A DNA stretch of 64,000 bases from Candidatus Lindowbacteria bacterium RIFCSPLOWO2_12_FULL_62_27 (GCA_001784175.1 MFPR01000014.1:1-64000); one strand, 5' to 3'. Counted from the first letter of the stretch, positions 1 to 11,879 are shown. The notes: a model not told the origin generated them from the sequence alone. Made by a program: numbers and translations.

Positions 1-2973
1 CGTGTTCGCCTGGTCCACCGTGTCCGTAAACGCGATGCTCGTGAACCCCGTGTTCTTCGACACCTCCACCGCGTAACTGTCCGCGCCCACACTGTCCGAT
101 ACCGCGCTCCAACTTACCACGATGTTGATCGCCGTCGTCTCGTGTCCGTCCGCCGGCTGCGACGCGCTCACCTGGCTCACGATCGTGTCCGTCACAAATC
201 CACGTGCCGACGAGAACGACCCGCTGTTGGCCAGATCGTCGATCCCGCGCGCCCGCCAATAGTAGGTATCGTTGTACAAGCCCGTCACCGTGTCGCTCGT
301 CAACGAGCCGTCGATCGTGTCCGTGAAGGCGATGTTCGAGAACGACGTGTTCTTCGACACCTCCACCGCATACGTGTCGATCCCCACGCTGTCGGGCAGC
401 GTCCAGCTCACTAGGAAGTTGATCGTGCTTGTCTCGTGTCCGTCCGCCGGAAGCGACAGGGTCGGCGCGTCCACGATCGTGTCCGTCACAAATCCGCGTG
501 TCGTCGAGAACGACCCCCCGTTCGCCAGATCGTCGATCGCGCGAACGCGCCAGTAATAGGTGTCGTTGTAAAGGCCGGTCATGGTGTCGCTCGTGAACGC
601 CTGGTCCACCGTGTCCGTAAAGGCGATGTTGGTAAAGCCCGTATTTTTCGATACCTCCACTGCATAGCTGTCCACCCCAACGCTGTCCGACACCGTGATC
701 CAGCTCACCACAATGTTGGTCGCCGTCGTCTCGTGGCCATCCGCTGGCAAACTCAGGCTGACCTGGTTCACGGTCGTGTCTGCCACAAATGACCGCGTCG
801 CCGAAAATGACCCGGCGTTCGTCAGATCGTCAACCGCACGCACTCGCCAGTAGTACGTGTATGTCTGAGTCTGGGGATATAAACCCGTCACCGTGTCGGA
901 CGTGTTGGCCTGATCGACCGTGTCCGTGAAGGCGATCTCCGTCGAGAACAACGTGTTCTTCGACACCTCCACCGCGTAACTGTCCACCCCCACGCTGTCC
1001 GACACCGCGATCCAGCTCAAAAGAAAGTTGATCGCCGTCGTCTCGTGCGCGTCCGCCGGTTGCGACAAACTCACTTGGTTCACGATTGTGTCCGTCACAA
1101 ATCCACGCGTCGCCGAAAACGACCCGGCGTTCGCAAGATCGTCGATCGCCCGGACGCGCCAGTAATACGTGTCGTTGTAGAGACCCGTCACCGTGTCACT
1201 CGTCAACACACCGTCCAAGGTGTCCGTAAACGCCATGCTCGAAAATCCTGTGTTCTTCGATACCTCCACCGCGTAACTGTCGATTCCCACGCTGTCGGCC
1301 ACGGCGGTCCAGCTCACGAGGAAATTGATCGCCGTCGTTTCATGCGCGTCCGCCGGCTGCGAGGCGCTCACCTGGTTGACGCTCGTGTCGAGAACGATCG
1401 CGCGAACTCCCGTCGTGTCGAACGTGCTGGTGGACACCCTCTGGCCGATGACACGCCAGTAAAATGTGTCCGGATCCGGCAGGGCCTTCGTGCAGGACGG
1501 AACAGACGTGTCGGCGACAGTCAACAGGACGGTGGCAAAGTTGGACGTCCTTGACAACTGCCACGTGTATGAGTCGACGTTCTGGCCGGTCCACGTAAAC
1601 ACCACCGTGCCGTTCGTCGTCTCGTGCCCGTCCGCCGGGCTGGTCAGAGTCACCGAGAAAGTCGTGTCGACCTTGAACGCAAATGAGTCCGCGAAGGCTC
1701 CGGCGTTCCCCAGATCGTCGATCGCTTTTACGCGCCAGTAATAGGTCGTGTCGCCATACAAAATGACCGTCGTCGAGTCTGTCGACGCCCCGTCCCGCGT
1801 GTCCTCGTGCAAAACCGCCGAAAACGTCGAGTCGCCTTTTGATATATGAAGGACATAGCTGTCTACGCCCACGCTGTCCGTCACCGCCGACCACGTGAGG
1901 GTCGGAGTCGTATCGGCAATGACCGCGTTGTTCGCCGGCGATGTCAGCCCCGGCTTGTTCACGACCGTGTCCGTTACAAATCCGCGCACCGACGAAAACG
2001 CGCCACCGTTGCCTAAGTCGTCCACCGCACGCACGCGCCAGTAATAGGTGTCATTGTATGACCCCGTCACCGTGTCGTTCGTAAAAGCGCCGTCCACCGT
2101 GTCGATGAAGGCGATGCTCGTGAATCCCGTGTTCTTCGATACCTCCACCGCGTAGCTGTCCGCGCCCACGCTGTCGCTCACCGCAGTCCAACTCACCAGG
2201 AAATTGATCACGCTCGTCTCGTGACCGTCCGCCGGCTGGCTCAGGCTCACCTGGTTCACCAGCGTGTCCGTCACAAATCCGCGCGTCGCCGAATACGAGC
2301 CCCCGTTCGCCAGATTGTCAATAGCGCGCACACGCCAGTAATACGTATCGTTGTATAGCCCCGTCACCGTGTCGCTCGTCAGGGACTGGTCCAGAGTGTC
2401 CGTGAAGGCGATGTTCGTGAACGCCGTGGTATCCGACACCTCCACCGCGTAGCTGTCCACGCCCACACTGTCGGATACCGCGCTCCAGCTCACCACGATG
2501 TTGATCGCCGTCGTCTCATGCCCGTCCGCCGGCTGCGACAGGCTCACCGTGTTCACGTTGGTGTCCACAAAAATCGCCCGGTACGCCGGCGTGTCGTGCT
2601 CGGCGTTCGTCGTGGTGTCGATCGGAATCACGATCCAGTAAAATGTGTCATTAAACGGAATCGGCACGGTGCCGCTCCGGGAGGTGATCCTTGAGTCGTA
2701 GAGGATGGTGGTGCAGGTCAGAGACGTACTGTCCCGGCAAAGTCGGAGCAAAAAGGTATCCAGCGAAACTGTACAACTGGTGAGGTCTGCGGCAGCGCAA
2801 CCCCAGTTGAAGACCACCGTGGCATTGTTGGTATCGTGCCTGTCCACCGGGGAGATCAGAGCTACCGTATCAGCGTAAGCCTCATGGGAAATGGTCAGAA
2901 TGAATAACCCCGAAAAGACGAAAAGCGCGAAGAGGAGACACTTCCCACGAGCTGTAGAGAGCCTCCCCCTCAT
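1..2973 (-). CDS. Large secreted surface protein with tandem ~98-100-aa FN3/Ig-like repeats (partial, runs off left edge)
   Basis: Absent from the ORF track because there is no stop in the window. Manual translation from ATG 2973 gives a signal peptide (MRGRLSTARGKCLLFALFVFSGLFILTISHEAYA) then about 10 repeats of the type QPADGHET..VSW.AVSDSVGVDSYAVEVS..YYWRVRAIDDL. Trp codons stay in one frame at 2635, 2335, 2038, 1735, 1456, 1159, 847, 550, 256. Confidence 0.9.
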   Translation of the reverse strand, partial: MRGRLSTARGKCLLFALFVFSGLFILTISHEAYADTVALISPVDRHDTNNATVVFNWGCAAADLTSCTVSLDTFLLRLCRDSTSLTCTTILYDSRITSRSGTVPIPFNDTFYWIVIPIDTTTNAEHDTPAYRAIFVDTNVNTVSLSQPADGHETTAINIVVSWSAVSDSVGVDSYAVEVSDTTAFTNIAFTDTLDQSLTSDTVTGLYNDTYYWRVRAIDNLANGGSYSATRGFVTDTLVNQVSLSQPADGHETSVINFLVSWTAVSDSVGADSYAVEVSKNTGFTSIAFIDTVDGAFTNDTVTGSYNDTYYWRVRAVDDLGNGGAFSSVRGFVTDTVVNKPGLTSPANNAVIADTTPTLTWSAVTDSVGVDSYVLHISKGDSTFSAVLHEDTRDGASTDSTTVILYGDTTYYWRVKAIDDLGNAGAFADSFAFKVDTTFSVTLTSPADGHETTNGTVVFTWTGQNVDSYTWQLSRTSNFATVLLTVADTSVPSCTKALPDPDTFYWRVIGQRVSTSTFDTTGVRAIVLDTSVNQVSASQPADAHETTAINFLVSWTAVADSVGIDSYAVEVSKNTGFSSMAFTDTLDGVLTSDTVTGLYNDTYYWRVRAIDDLANAGSFSATRGFVTDTIVNQVSLSQPADAHETTAINFLLSWIAVSDSVGVDSYAVEVSKNTLFSTEIAFTDTVDQANTSDTVTGLYPQTQTYTYYWRVRAVDDLTNAGSFSATRSFVADTTVNQVSLSLPADGHETTATNIVVSWITVSDSVGVDSYAVEVSKNTGFTNIAFTDTVDQAFTSDTMTGLYNDTYYWRVRAIDDLANGGSFSTTRGFVTDTIVDAPTLSLPADGHETSTINFLVSWTLPDSVGIDTYAVEVSKNTSFSNIAFTDTIDGSLTSDTVTGLYNDTYYWRARGIDDLANSGSFSSARGFVTDTIVSQVSASQPADGHETTAINIVVSWSAVSDSVGADSYAVEVSKNTGFTSIAFTDTVDQANT

Positions 2974-3139
2974 CCCAGAATGCCGGTCACCCCTTGATGG
3001 TGCCACACATCTTAACCCCTGCAAGCCCCTTGCACGCCAAGCCTGAGTACAGTCGTTTACCTTACTCATAAGTCCACAAAACGATAAATGACGATGAATC
3101 AAACCCGACCCTACTCAAGCACCCCCATGGAAGGACCCT

Positions 3140-3168
3140 ATTTAAATACTGTATATATATATTGTCAA
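3140..3168 (-). promoter_or_regulatory. Putative sigma70 promoter of the surface-protein gene
   Basis: TTGACA-17-TTAAAT on the minus strand in an AT-rich intergenic region. Confidence 0.45.
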
Positions 3169-3211
3169 GGGAAAATTTCAGTTTTTTTGAAGGGGGTCAG
3201 TGAAAGACGGT

Positions 3212-3245
3212 AACCCCCCTCAATCCCCCCTTTGCAAGGGGGGAA
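3212..3245. repeat. GC-rich palindromic REP-like repeat (CCCCCCTTTGCAAGGGGGG family)
   Basis: Hairpin downstream of waaF; a related copy lies inside glmM. Confidence 0.65.
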
Positions 3246-3261
3246 GTTTGTTTAATTGTGT

Positions 3262-4359
3262 TTAATTGGGGCCAGACCGTAAGTTGTTAAGTTTTGCCGG
3301 AACATCAAAAATGTCATTTAGTTGCGTGTCTATGTCGTGCGGGGTCACGGCGTCCCGGCAGAGATAATCGATCGGGCAGGTCCGCAGAAAACACGGGCGG
3401 CATGGGACAGCGGCGCTGATCACCCGGACGGCATGGCCCACAGGAGCGGTGCGGTAAGGGTCGGTGGAGAAAAACAGGACCAGGACGGGCTTGCCCAGGG
3501 CCGCCGCCAGGTGGGCCGCGCCGCTGTCGCACGAGATCACGGCGCTCGAATGCACGATCAGGCGCATCAAGTCGTTCAGCGGCAGACCCGGACAGGCTTC
3601 GATTTTGGATTTTGGATTTTGGATTTTGGATTTTTCAACCAGCTCATCCAGAAACTCGCGGTCGACGGCCGTTCCGAGAAGCCGGATCGACCAGCCGCGA
3701 TCCGTAAGCATCGTCAGCAAGTCGACATACCGGCTCGTCGACCACATTTTGGCGGGGCCGTAAGCGGCGGCGGGAAAGATCAATATTTCTGGTATCCCCC
3801 CTCTCCCGCCAGAGGCGGGAGAGGGTTGGGGTGAGGGTGGCAGGTTTCGGTTACCGCGGTCCACCCCCCTCACCTCGATCCTCTCCCCCCTGCGGGGGGA
3901 GAGGAGGTGATCAGTTACGATTTCTGATTTCAAATCAGAGTAAAACAGAGTCGGCGGGCAGGGAGCGACGGGCGAGCCGCCGATGAGAGGCCGGATGACG
4001 GAGAGATACCGCATGACTTGATGGTCATCGGGCATCCGCGCGCGTTCTCGAACCACCACCGGGATGCCCGCCAGTTTCCACAGGAGGCGCGATCGCATCG
4101 AGTGCGTGAAATCGACCACCGTTGGATACCCGCGGGCGCGCAAGGTCGATGCCGTCGAAAATAAATGAACGCCGCGGTCCTCGAAGACCGTCACGCTCTC
4201 CAGGCGCGGATCGTGCCGGAACAACTCATCCCACGGCCGCCGGATCAATAGATGGAGCGCGTACCGGTCCGTCCGGTGCAGCGCCTCGATCGCAGACGTG
4301 GCCATGACAATGTCGCCCAGCCAATTGGGCATCCGCACGACGATGGGTTCAAGGTTCAA
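3262..4359 (-). CDS. waaF: Lipopolysaccharide heptosyltransferase II (GT9) with in-frame repeat insertions
   Basis: RMPNWLGDIVM N-terminus, PAAAYGPAKMW, DSGAAHLAAA, C-terminal CRPC..C..C. Confidence 0.85.
   Translation of the reverse strand: MNLEPIVVRMPNWLGDIVMATSAIEALHRTDRYALHLLIRRPWDELFRHDPRLESVTVFEDRGVHLFSTASTLRARGYPTVVDFTHSMRSRLLWKLAGIPVVVRERARMPDDHQVMRYLSVIRPLIGGSPVAPCPPTLFYSDLKSEIVTDHLLSPRRGERIEVRGVDRGNRNLPPSPQPSPASGGRGGIPEILIFPAAAYGPAKMWSTSRYVDLLTMLTDRGWSIRLLGTAVDREFLDELVEKSKIQNPKSKIEACPGLPLNDLMRLIVHSSAVISCDSGAAHLAAALGKPVLVLFFSTDPYRTAPVGHAVRVISAAVPCRPCFLRTCPIDYLCRDAVTPHDIDTQLNDIFDVPAKLNNLRSGPN
3601..3634. repeat. Heptamer tandem repeat (GGATTTT)n inside waaF, read as KSKIQNPKSKI
   Basis: Seen directly; same repeat at 36831-36860 and 37612-37646. 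Confidence 0.9.
3781..3918. mobile_element. ~138-bp MITE/REP-doublet element inserted in frame in waaF
   Basis: Two inverted CCCTCTCCC..GGGAGAGG hairpins; its reverse complement aligns with the intergenic copy at 45211-45340; encodes 46 extra codons (VTDHLLSP...GIPEIL). Confidence 0.75.
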
Positions 4360-4369
4360 GATTCAGGCT

Positions 4370-5710
4370 TCAGGCGAGGCGATCGCGGAAACGCGCTGTG
4401 AGCATCGACACCTGCTCTTCGACCGCGACGGCCGAGGGAGATTCCGCCATGATGCGCAGGAGGGGTTCGGTGCCGGAGTAGCGGATGACGAGGCGGCCGT
4501 GTTTGCCGAGTTTCTCGCGGGCGCCGGCCACGGCCGCCGACAACGCCGGATCGTCCTCCCACGGCCGTTTTTCGGCGACACGGACGTTCACGAGTTTCTG
4601 CGGAAACGGCGCCGGCAGATCCTTCGCCATAGCTTCGGCCGACTCGGCGTACCGTTCCGCAAAAACCTGCAGAAACGCCAGCGCCGTGACGGCGCCGTCG
4701 CCGGTCCGCTGGTCCTTCAAGATGATGTGACCCGACTGCTCGCCGCCCAGGCTCGAGCCCTCCTTCTGCATCATCTCGAACACCTCGCGGTCGCCTACCG
4801 GCGCGCGCCAGAAAGGGCGACCGAGCGTTTCGAGCGCGGCGTCCAGGGCGCCGTTCGACATCACGGTGCCGATGACCGGGCCGGCGGTTACGAGATGTTT
4901 GGCGAAGAGATACAGGAAAGCGTCGCCGTCGACGGTCACCCCCCCCGGCCCCCCCTTTTCAAGGGGGGGAGGAATCCGGATCAGCATCCGGTCGCCGTCG
5001 CCATCGAAGGCCAGGCCGATCGCGCACGGCCCAAGATGCGGATCCAGCGATTCGACGTGCGTCGAGCCGCACTCGCGGTTGATGTCGGCGCCATCGAAAT
5101 CGCAATTCAGCCAGTCGACGGAATTGCAGTACCGCGAAAAGAGCGGCCGCACATGCGGCGCGAAGGCGCCATGCGCGGCGTCGATCACCAGCCGGGTACG
5201 CGAAAGGGTGAACCGAAACCGGCCGGCGACCGCGTCGAGATACTTCGACACGAGCGCTCCGTCCGGACCGCACGATCCGACGGTCCCGTCCGTGGCGTCC
5301 AGATCGGCGTCGACGCGGAAGCGCCGCTCGATCGCCTCCTCCTCCGCCACCGACAGTTTGCGGCCGTCGGGAGAGAACAATTTGATTCCGTTGTCTTCAT
5401 AAGGATTGTGCGACGCCGAGATCACGACGCCGAACGACGGCCCGGCGACCATCGCGAGGAGCGTCGAAACGGCCGGCGTCGGCGCGATCCCCAAGTCCGT
5501 CACACCCGCGCCCACGGACGTCACGCCGGCCGTCACGGCGTGCGTGAGCATCCCGCCGGACAGCCGCGTGTCGCGCGCGATCAACGCGCGCCGGACGCCC
5601 CGCTCCAGATGATAACCCGCCGCCGCCCGGCCGAGTTTGAACGCCAGATCGGCGGTCAGCTCCGTCCCGACGCGTCCCCGGACGCCGTCGGTGCCGAACA
5701 GCCGGCTCAA
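4370..5710 (-). CDS. glmM: Phosphoglucosamine mutase
   Basis: LFGTDGVRG, ISASHNP, FDGDGDR, GGEQSGH, RYSGTEPLLRIM. Confidence 0.95.
   Translation of the reverse strand: MSRLFGTDGVRGRVGTELTADLAFKLGRAAAGYHLERGVRRALIARDTRLSGGMLTHAVTAGVTSVGAGVTDLGIAPTPAVSTLLAMVAGPSFGVVISASHNPYEDNGIKLFSPDGRKLSVAEEEAIERRFRVDADLDATDGTVGSCGPDGALVSKYLDAVAGRFRFTLSRTRLVIDAAHGAFAPHVRPLFSRYCNSVDWLNCDFDGADINRECGSTHVESLDPHLGPCAIGLAFDGDGDRMLIRIPPPLEKGGPGGVTVDGDAFLYLFAKHLVTAGPVIGTVMSNGALDAALETLGRPFWRAPVGDREVFEMMQKEGSSLGGEQSGHIILKDQRTGDGAVTALAFLQVFAERYAESAEAMAKDLPAPFPQKLVNVRVAEKRPWEDDPALSAAVAGAREKLGKHGRLVIRYSGTEPLLRIMAESPSAVAVEEQVSMLTARFRDRLA
4938..4972. repeat. Palindromic REP-like repeat inside glmM (encodes PPPLEKGGPGG)
   Basis: CCCCCCCTTTTCAAGGGGGGG hairpin, similar to 3212-3245. 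Confidence 0.7.
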
Positions 5711-5720
5711 CGTCGAACGA

Positions 5721-6695
5721 TCACTGCCCGGGAACGCTGACGCGGACGAGGGCCGGTTCGTAGGAGACGATTTCGACCCGCTCGGGCACGTTGAGGGCCC
5801 GCGGGACGGCCAGATGGAAACTCTTGTCGGCCGGCAACTCGACTTCGACGCGAAGCTGCGCGGCGTCGAGGCGGTCCACGACGTTTTGCGGGCCGCGCAA
5901 TTTGACGCTCACCTGCTCGGGCTTGATCTGAACGACCCGGCCGGGGACCGGATTGAGAAGCTCCACGCGCACGCCTTCCAGGAGTTTCTCGATCACGTTT
6001 TCGTCAATCTCGACCAGGACCTCGACCGATTCCGGATCGATTTTTCGGATGGACCGCATTTCCCTCTGAAGGTTCACTTTCACGTCAAACGTGGCCTTCC
6101 GGCCGGTCAGGTCGATCGTTTCCGTTGACATTTCGGTCAGGCGCAGAAAAAGACTCGAAGGGCCGAGGACCATCACCGCTTCCGGCCGGACCTTGGTGTT
6201 CACCCGGAACCCCGGCGGCACTTCCCCCTGGAGCCGCGCGGAAACCGGCAGACGCCGACCTTCCACTTCCTCCAAAAAGGCCCGCACCGATCCGGGCTCG
6301 ATCCGCTCGACTTTGACGTCCGGCCGGGGATTGAACACGTTTTCGAGCGACAACACCACCCACTTCTCGCCCTTGCGCTTGCCGGCCAGCGACGCCATGA
6401 CTTTGAAGTCGGTAGGATCCAGCGCCTGGATGGAGGCCTTGGGGCCGCTGACGCGCAGGAGCGTGATGTGCCGCTGCGAATCTTCCGAGACGGCGAGGTC
6501 GGGGGCGACGTCGATGTAATCAACCGGCACGTCCCGGAACTCGAACTGGATTTCGGCCGAACCGACGATGTACATCCACAGCATCACCGCCAGCGCCAGG
6601 CACACGATCTTGGCCAGCGGATCGGCCACGAGACCCGCGGCGGCGGCCTGCAAGGTCGACCGCACGTTCCACGGTTTCTTCCGGGTCGATTCCAT
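5721..6695 (-). CDS. cdaR: YbbR-domain CdaA regulator
   Basis: N-terminal TM (KIVCLALAVMLWMYI), three YbbR-like repeats, located between cdaA and glmM. Confidence 0.85.
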   Translation of the reverse strand: MESTRKKPWNVRSTLQAAAAGLVADPLAKIVCLALAVMLWMYIVGSAEIQFEFRDVPVDYIDVAPDLAVSEDSQRHITLLRVSGPKASIQALDPTDFKVMASLAGKRKGEKWVVLSLENVFNPRPDVKVERIEPGSVRAFLEEVEGRRLPVSARLQGEVPPGFRVNTKVRPEAVMVLGPSSLFLRLTEMSTETIDLTGRKATFDVKVNLQREMRSIRKIDPESVEVLVEIDENVIEKLLEGVRVELLNPVPGRVVQIKPEQVSVKLRGPQNVVDRLDAAQLRVEVELPADKSFHLAVPRALNVPERVEIVSYEPALVRVSVPGQ

Positions 6696-6698
6696 ATT

Positions 6699-7463
6699 CT
6701 ACTTTCCCACCAGATACAGCGTCAGCATTTCTTTGAGCGTCTCCGGATCGAGACCGTTGGCCATCTTGCCCTGCTGGACCAGCGAGATCCCGCCCGTTTC
6801 CTCCGACACGACCACGATGACGGCGTCGGTTTCCTCCGAAAGGCCCAGCGCGGCGCGGTGGCGCGTGCCGTAGACGCGCTTGATGTCGGGATTCTCCGTG
6901 AGCGGCAGGATGCAGCCGGCGGACGCCACGCGCTTGTCCTGGATGATGAGCGCGCCGTCGTGCAGCGCGCCCTTCGACATGAAAATGGTCGACATGATCT
7001 CGGCCGAAACCGCCGCGTCGACGGGCACGCCGGTTTCGATGTAGGGCTTGAGGCCTGCGGATTTTTCGACGGCGATCAGCGCGCCGAACCGCCGTGCGGA
7101 AAGGACGTTGGAGGCCTTCACGATCTCGTCGATCAGTTCCTCCTCCAGGGTTTCCTGGAAAAACGACAGGAGCCGGTGCTGGCCCAGCCGCGCGAGGGCC
7201 CGGCGAAGCTCCGGCTGGAAGAGGATGATAAAGGCGAGGACCCAGACGAGGACCGACGAGGACAGAATCCATGCGGTGGTCCGGACATTGAACTTCTGCG
7301 CGAGGAAGGCCAAAATCAGAATCAGGGCCAGCCCCTGCAGGACCTGTACGGCGCGCGTGCCTTTGACGAAGGTGTACAGAAGGTAAAAAAGCGCCGACAC
7401 AAGAAGGATATCGACGATGTCCCGCGGGGAGAGATTGCGCAGGATCGCGACGAGGTCGCTCAT
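6699..7463 (-). CDS. cdaA: Membrane diadenylate cyclase (c-di-AMP synthase)
   Basis: Three TMs, FQPELRRAL, LHDGA, GTRHRAALG. Confidence 0.95.
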   Translation of the reverse strand: MSDLVAILRNLSPRDIVDILLVSALFYLLYTFVKGTRAVQVLQGLALILILAFLAQKFNVRTTAWILSSSVLVWVLAFIILFQPELRRALARLGQHRLLSFFQETLEEELIDEIVKASNVLSARRFGALIAVEKSAGLKPYIETGVPVDAAVSAEIMSTIFMSKGALHDGALIIQDKRVASAGCILPLTENPDIKRVYGTRHRAALGLSEETDAVIVVVSEETGGISLVQQGKMANGLDPETLKEMLTLYLVGK

Positions 7464-8158
7464 GACGTCAGTCCCGACTTGCCCTTCACGAGCTCAAGCT
7501 GGCGCCGGCCGCAGTAGTGGACGATGTCGTTGCGCTCGGTTTCCGACAGGCCCGTAAACTCCACGATGATGTATTTCTCCTTGACGTCATCGACCACGGT
7601 CTTGATGCGCGTCAGCATGTTGTAAAAGGACTTGTGGACGATCGGCAGCGTGAACCAGAGGAGCGCGTAGCGCTTGTCCTCCGTCGTGAGGTGCACGGGG
7701 GCGCGGACCCGGGCGCCGCCGCCGGAGATGTCGACGATCACGACCGGCGTCAGTTCGTTGTCGCTGTATTTTTCCCGGCCGTACTCCGACAGGTCCTTGA
7801 TCAGGTAAATGCTGCCGTCGAGGTCGGCCTCCACCCGGACGAACTGCCGGAGCATCTTGCGGTCGACCTGTTTCGGCCGGGCGACCAGCATGATCGGGGC
7901 GGCCGCGTTTTCCTTCCGGGCCGCGATCGTGACCTGCGCTTCGTAGGCCCATGACTCGACGACGTAGCGGATCGTCATCGGCTGGCCGACTTTCAGCGGA
8001 AGAAAGAGACTCCCGCAGACGGGCGTCTCCAGGAGCAGCGCCTGATCGTTCAGGTTGGCGATCAGCGTGTTGTACCGGCCCTTCATCGGCCCGTCGGGAA
8101 CGTCGATTTCGACGGCCTGCCGCGCGAAATACTCCGGAGCGACCTGCGCGTCGGCCAT
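7460..8158 (-). CDS. YcgR-like PilZ-domain c-di-GMP receptor
   Basis: RQFVR (RxxxR) and DISGGG (DxSxxG); ATG at 8158 overlaps the folP stop, GGAGG upstream. Confidence 0.85.
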   Translation of the reverse strand: MADAQVAPEYFARQAVEIDVPDGPMKGRYNTLIANLNDQALLLETPVCGSLFLPLKVGQPMTIRYVVESWAYEAQVTIAARKENAAAPIMLVARPKQVDRKMLRQFVRVEADLDGSIYLIKDLSEYGREKYSDNELTPVVIVDISGGGARVRAPVHLTTEDKRYALLWFTLPIVHKSFYNMLTRIKTVVDDVKEKYIIVEFTGLSETERNDIVHYCGRRQLELVKGKSGLTS

Positions 8159-9021
8159 CACATCCTCCGGAGCGCGCACAGGACGGTGAGAAACTGCGCC
8201 GTTTCCGGCACGTCATGCACCCGAAGCACATGGACGCCCTTCAGGGCCGCCCAGCCGGCCGCCGCGAGGCTCCCCGGCAGGCGATGCTCCGGCGACGCGC
8301 CCGCAAGACGCTCGATGAACGATTTGCGCGAGCATCCCAGAAACACGGGCCGGCCCAGATCGTGGAGCCGGTCGAGCCCGCGAAGGATCTCAAGATTATG
8401 ATCGAGCGTCTTGCCGAACCCTATGCCCGGATCGATCAGGACCTGCCGCTCGTCTCCGCCGGCTTTCACGAAACGGTCGAGACGCGATTCGAAAAATACC
8501 ATGAGTTCGTCGAGAACCGAATCGTAGGCCGGCTGAATCTGCATGGTCCGGGGCGTTCCCTTCATGTGATTGATCACGACCGGACAGCGCGCGGACACGA
8601 CAAGGTCGCACATCGCCGGATCGAGGCCGAATCCTGAGACATCGTTGACGGCGCACGCGCCCCGCTCGAGCGCCGCTTCCGCCACGACGGATCGGTACGT
8701 GTCGATGCTGATCCAGGACCCGGGCGGCGCGCGGCGCGCCAGCTCCTCGACCACCGCGGACACCCGGCGAATCTCCTCCTCCACCGGAACTTCGTCCGAC
8801 CCCGGACGCGTCGACATCCCGCCGACATCCACCCAGCAGGCGCCGGCGCCGAGCATCGCCAGTCCGTGCGCCACGGCGGCCGGCGCGGCGGGGTATCGGC
8901 CGCCGTCGTAGAACGAATCGGGCGTCACGTTCAGGATGCCGGCCAGAACGGGGCCGGCGGAAAGATCGAGGTCTCCGGCGCGGGATTTCAAAACGATGGC
9001 TTGAAGAGAACCGGCCGGCAT
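8158..9021 (-). CDS. folP: Dihydropteroate synthase
   Basis: GILNVTPDSFYDGG, STRPG, IDPGIGFGK, SRKSFI, RVHDV; start at 9021 inferred. Confidence 0.93.
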   Translation of the reverse strand: MPAGSLQAIVLKSRAGDLDLSAGPVLAGILNVTPDSFYDGGRYPAAPAAVAHGLAMLGAGACWVDVGGMSTRPGSDEVPVEEEIRRVSAVVEELARRAPPGSWISIDTYRSVVAEAALERGACAVNDVSGFGLDPAMCDLVVSARCPVVINHMKGTPRTMQIQPAYDSVLDELMVFFESRLDRFVKAGGDERQVLIDPGIGFGKTLDHNLEILRGLDRLHDLGRPVFLGCSRKSFIERLAGASPEHRLPGSLAAAGWAALKGVHVLRVHDVPETAQFLTVLCALRRM

Positions 9022-9034
9022 TAACGTCGGATGA

Positions 9035-11278
<2,244 letters not shown>

Positions 11279-11303
11279 TCCCTGTCCGGTCCGCGAAGCA
11301 GAA

Positions 11304-11879
11304 TCAGATCAGTTTCCCCGCCGCCTCGAGCGGTTTCAGGGCATTCGGGTTCACGGAAAAAATGTACGGTATTCCCCGGAAATATTCAAGATAATCCAGG
11401 CCGTAGCCCACCAAAAACAGGTCGGGCACGACGAGTCCCGCGTAATCCGGGACCAGCGGGACTTTGCGGTGCGTCGGTTTGTCCAGAAGCGCGCAGATTT
11501 TGACGGACCGCGGATGCCGCGCTTCCAGGGTTTTCTTCAACTGGCTGTAGGTCAGCCCGGTGTCGATGATGTCCTCGACGATAAGCACATGCCGGCCCTC
11601 GACGTTCTGCCGGAGGTCCGTTTCGATCCGGACGACGCCTGAACTGCTCGATCCGCTGCCGTAGCTCGAAACGGCCATGAAGTCGATCACGTGCGGGATG
11701 GTGATGGCCCGCGAGAGGTCCGACAGAAACACGTAGGCGCCGCGAAGGATGCCCACGAGAAGCAGTTCCTGGTTTGCATAATCCTGCGAGATTCTCCGGC
11801 CGAGGTCCCGGACGGCGGCGGCGATGGCAGCCTCGTCAAAGACGACCCGGTCCTTCACTTCTTCAATGCTCAGCGTCAT
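11304..11879 (-). CDS. hpt: Hypoxanthine phosphoribosyltransferase
   Basis: [20 protein letters not shown]; tilS-hpt-ftsH order. Confidence 0.95.
   Translation of the reverse strand: MTLSIEEVKDRVVFDEAAIAAAVRDLGRRISQDYANQELLLVGILRGAYVFLSDLSRAITIPHVIDFMAVSSYGSGSSSSGVVRIETDLRQNVEGRHVLIVEDIIDTGLTYSQLKKTLEARHPRSVKICALLDKPTHRKVPLVPDYAGLVVPDLFLVGYGLDYLEYFRGIPYIFSVNPNALKPLEAAGKLI

Noticed and set aside
1-2700. ~297-bp periodic repeats as a CRISPR array or non-coding repeat, and the plus-strand ORFs over them
   Set aside because: The repeats are codon-degenerate units of one minus-strand reading frame; the plus-strand ORFs are shadows.
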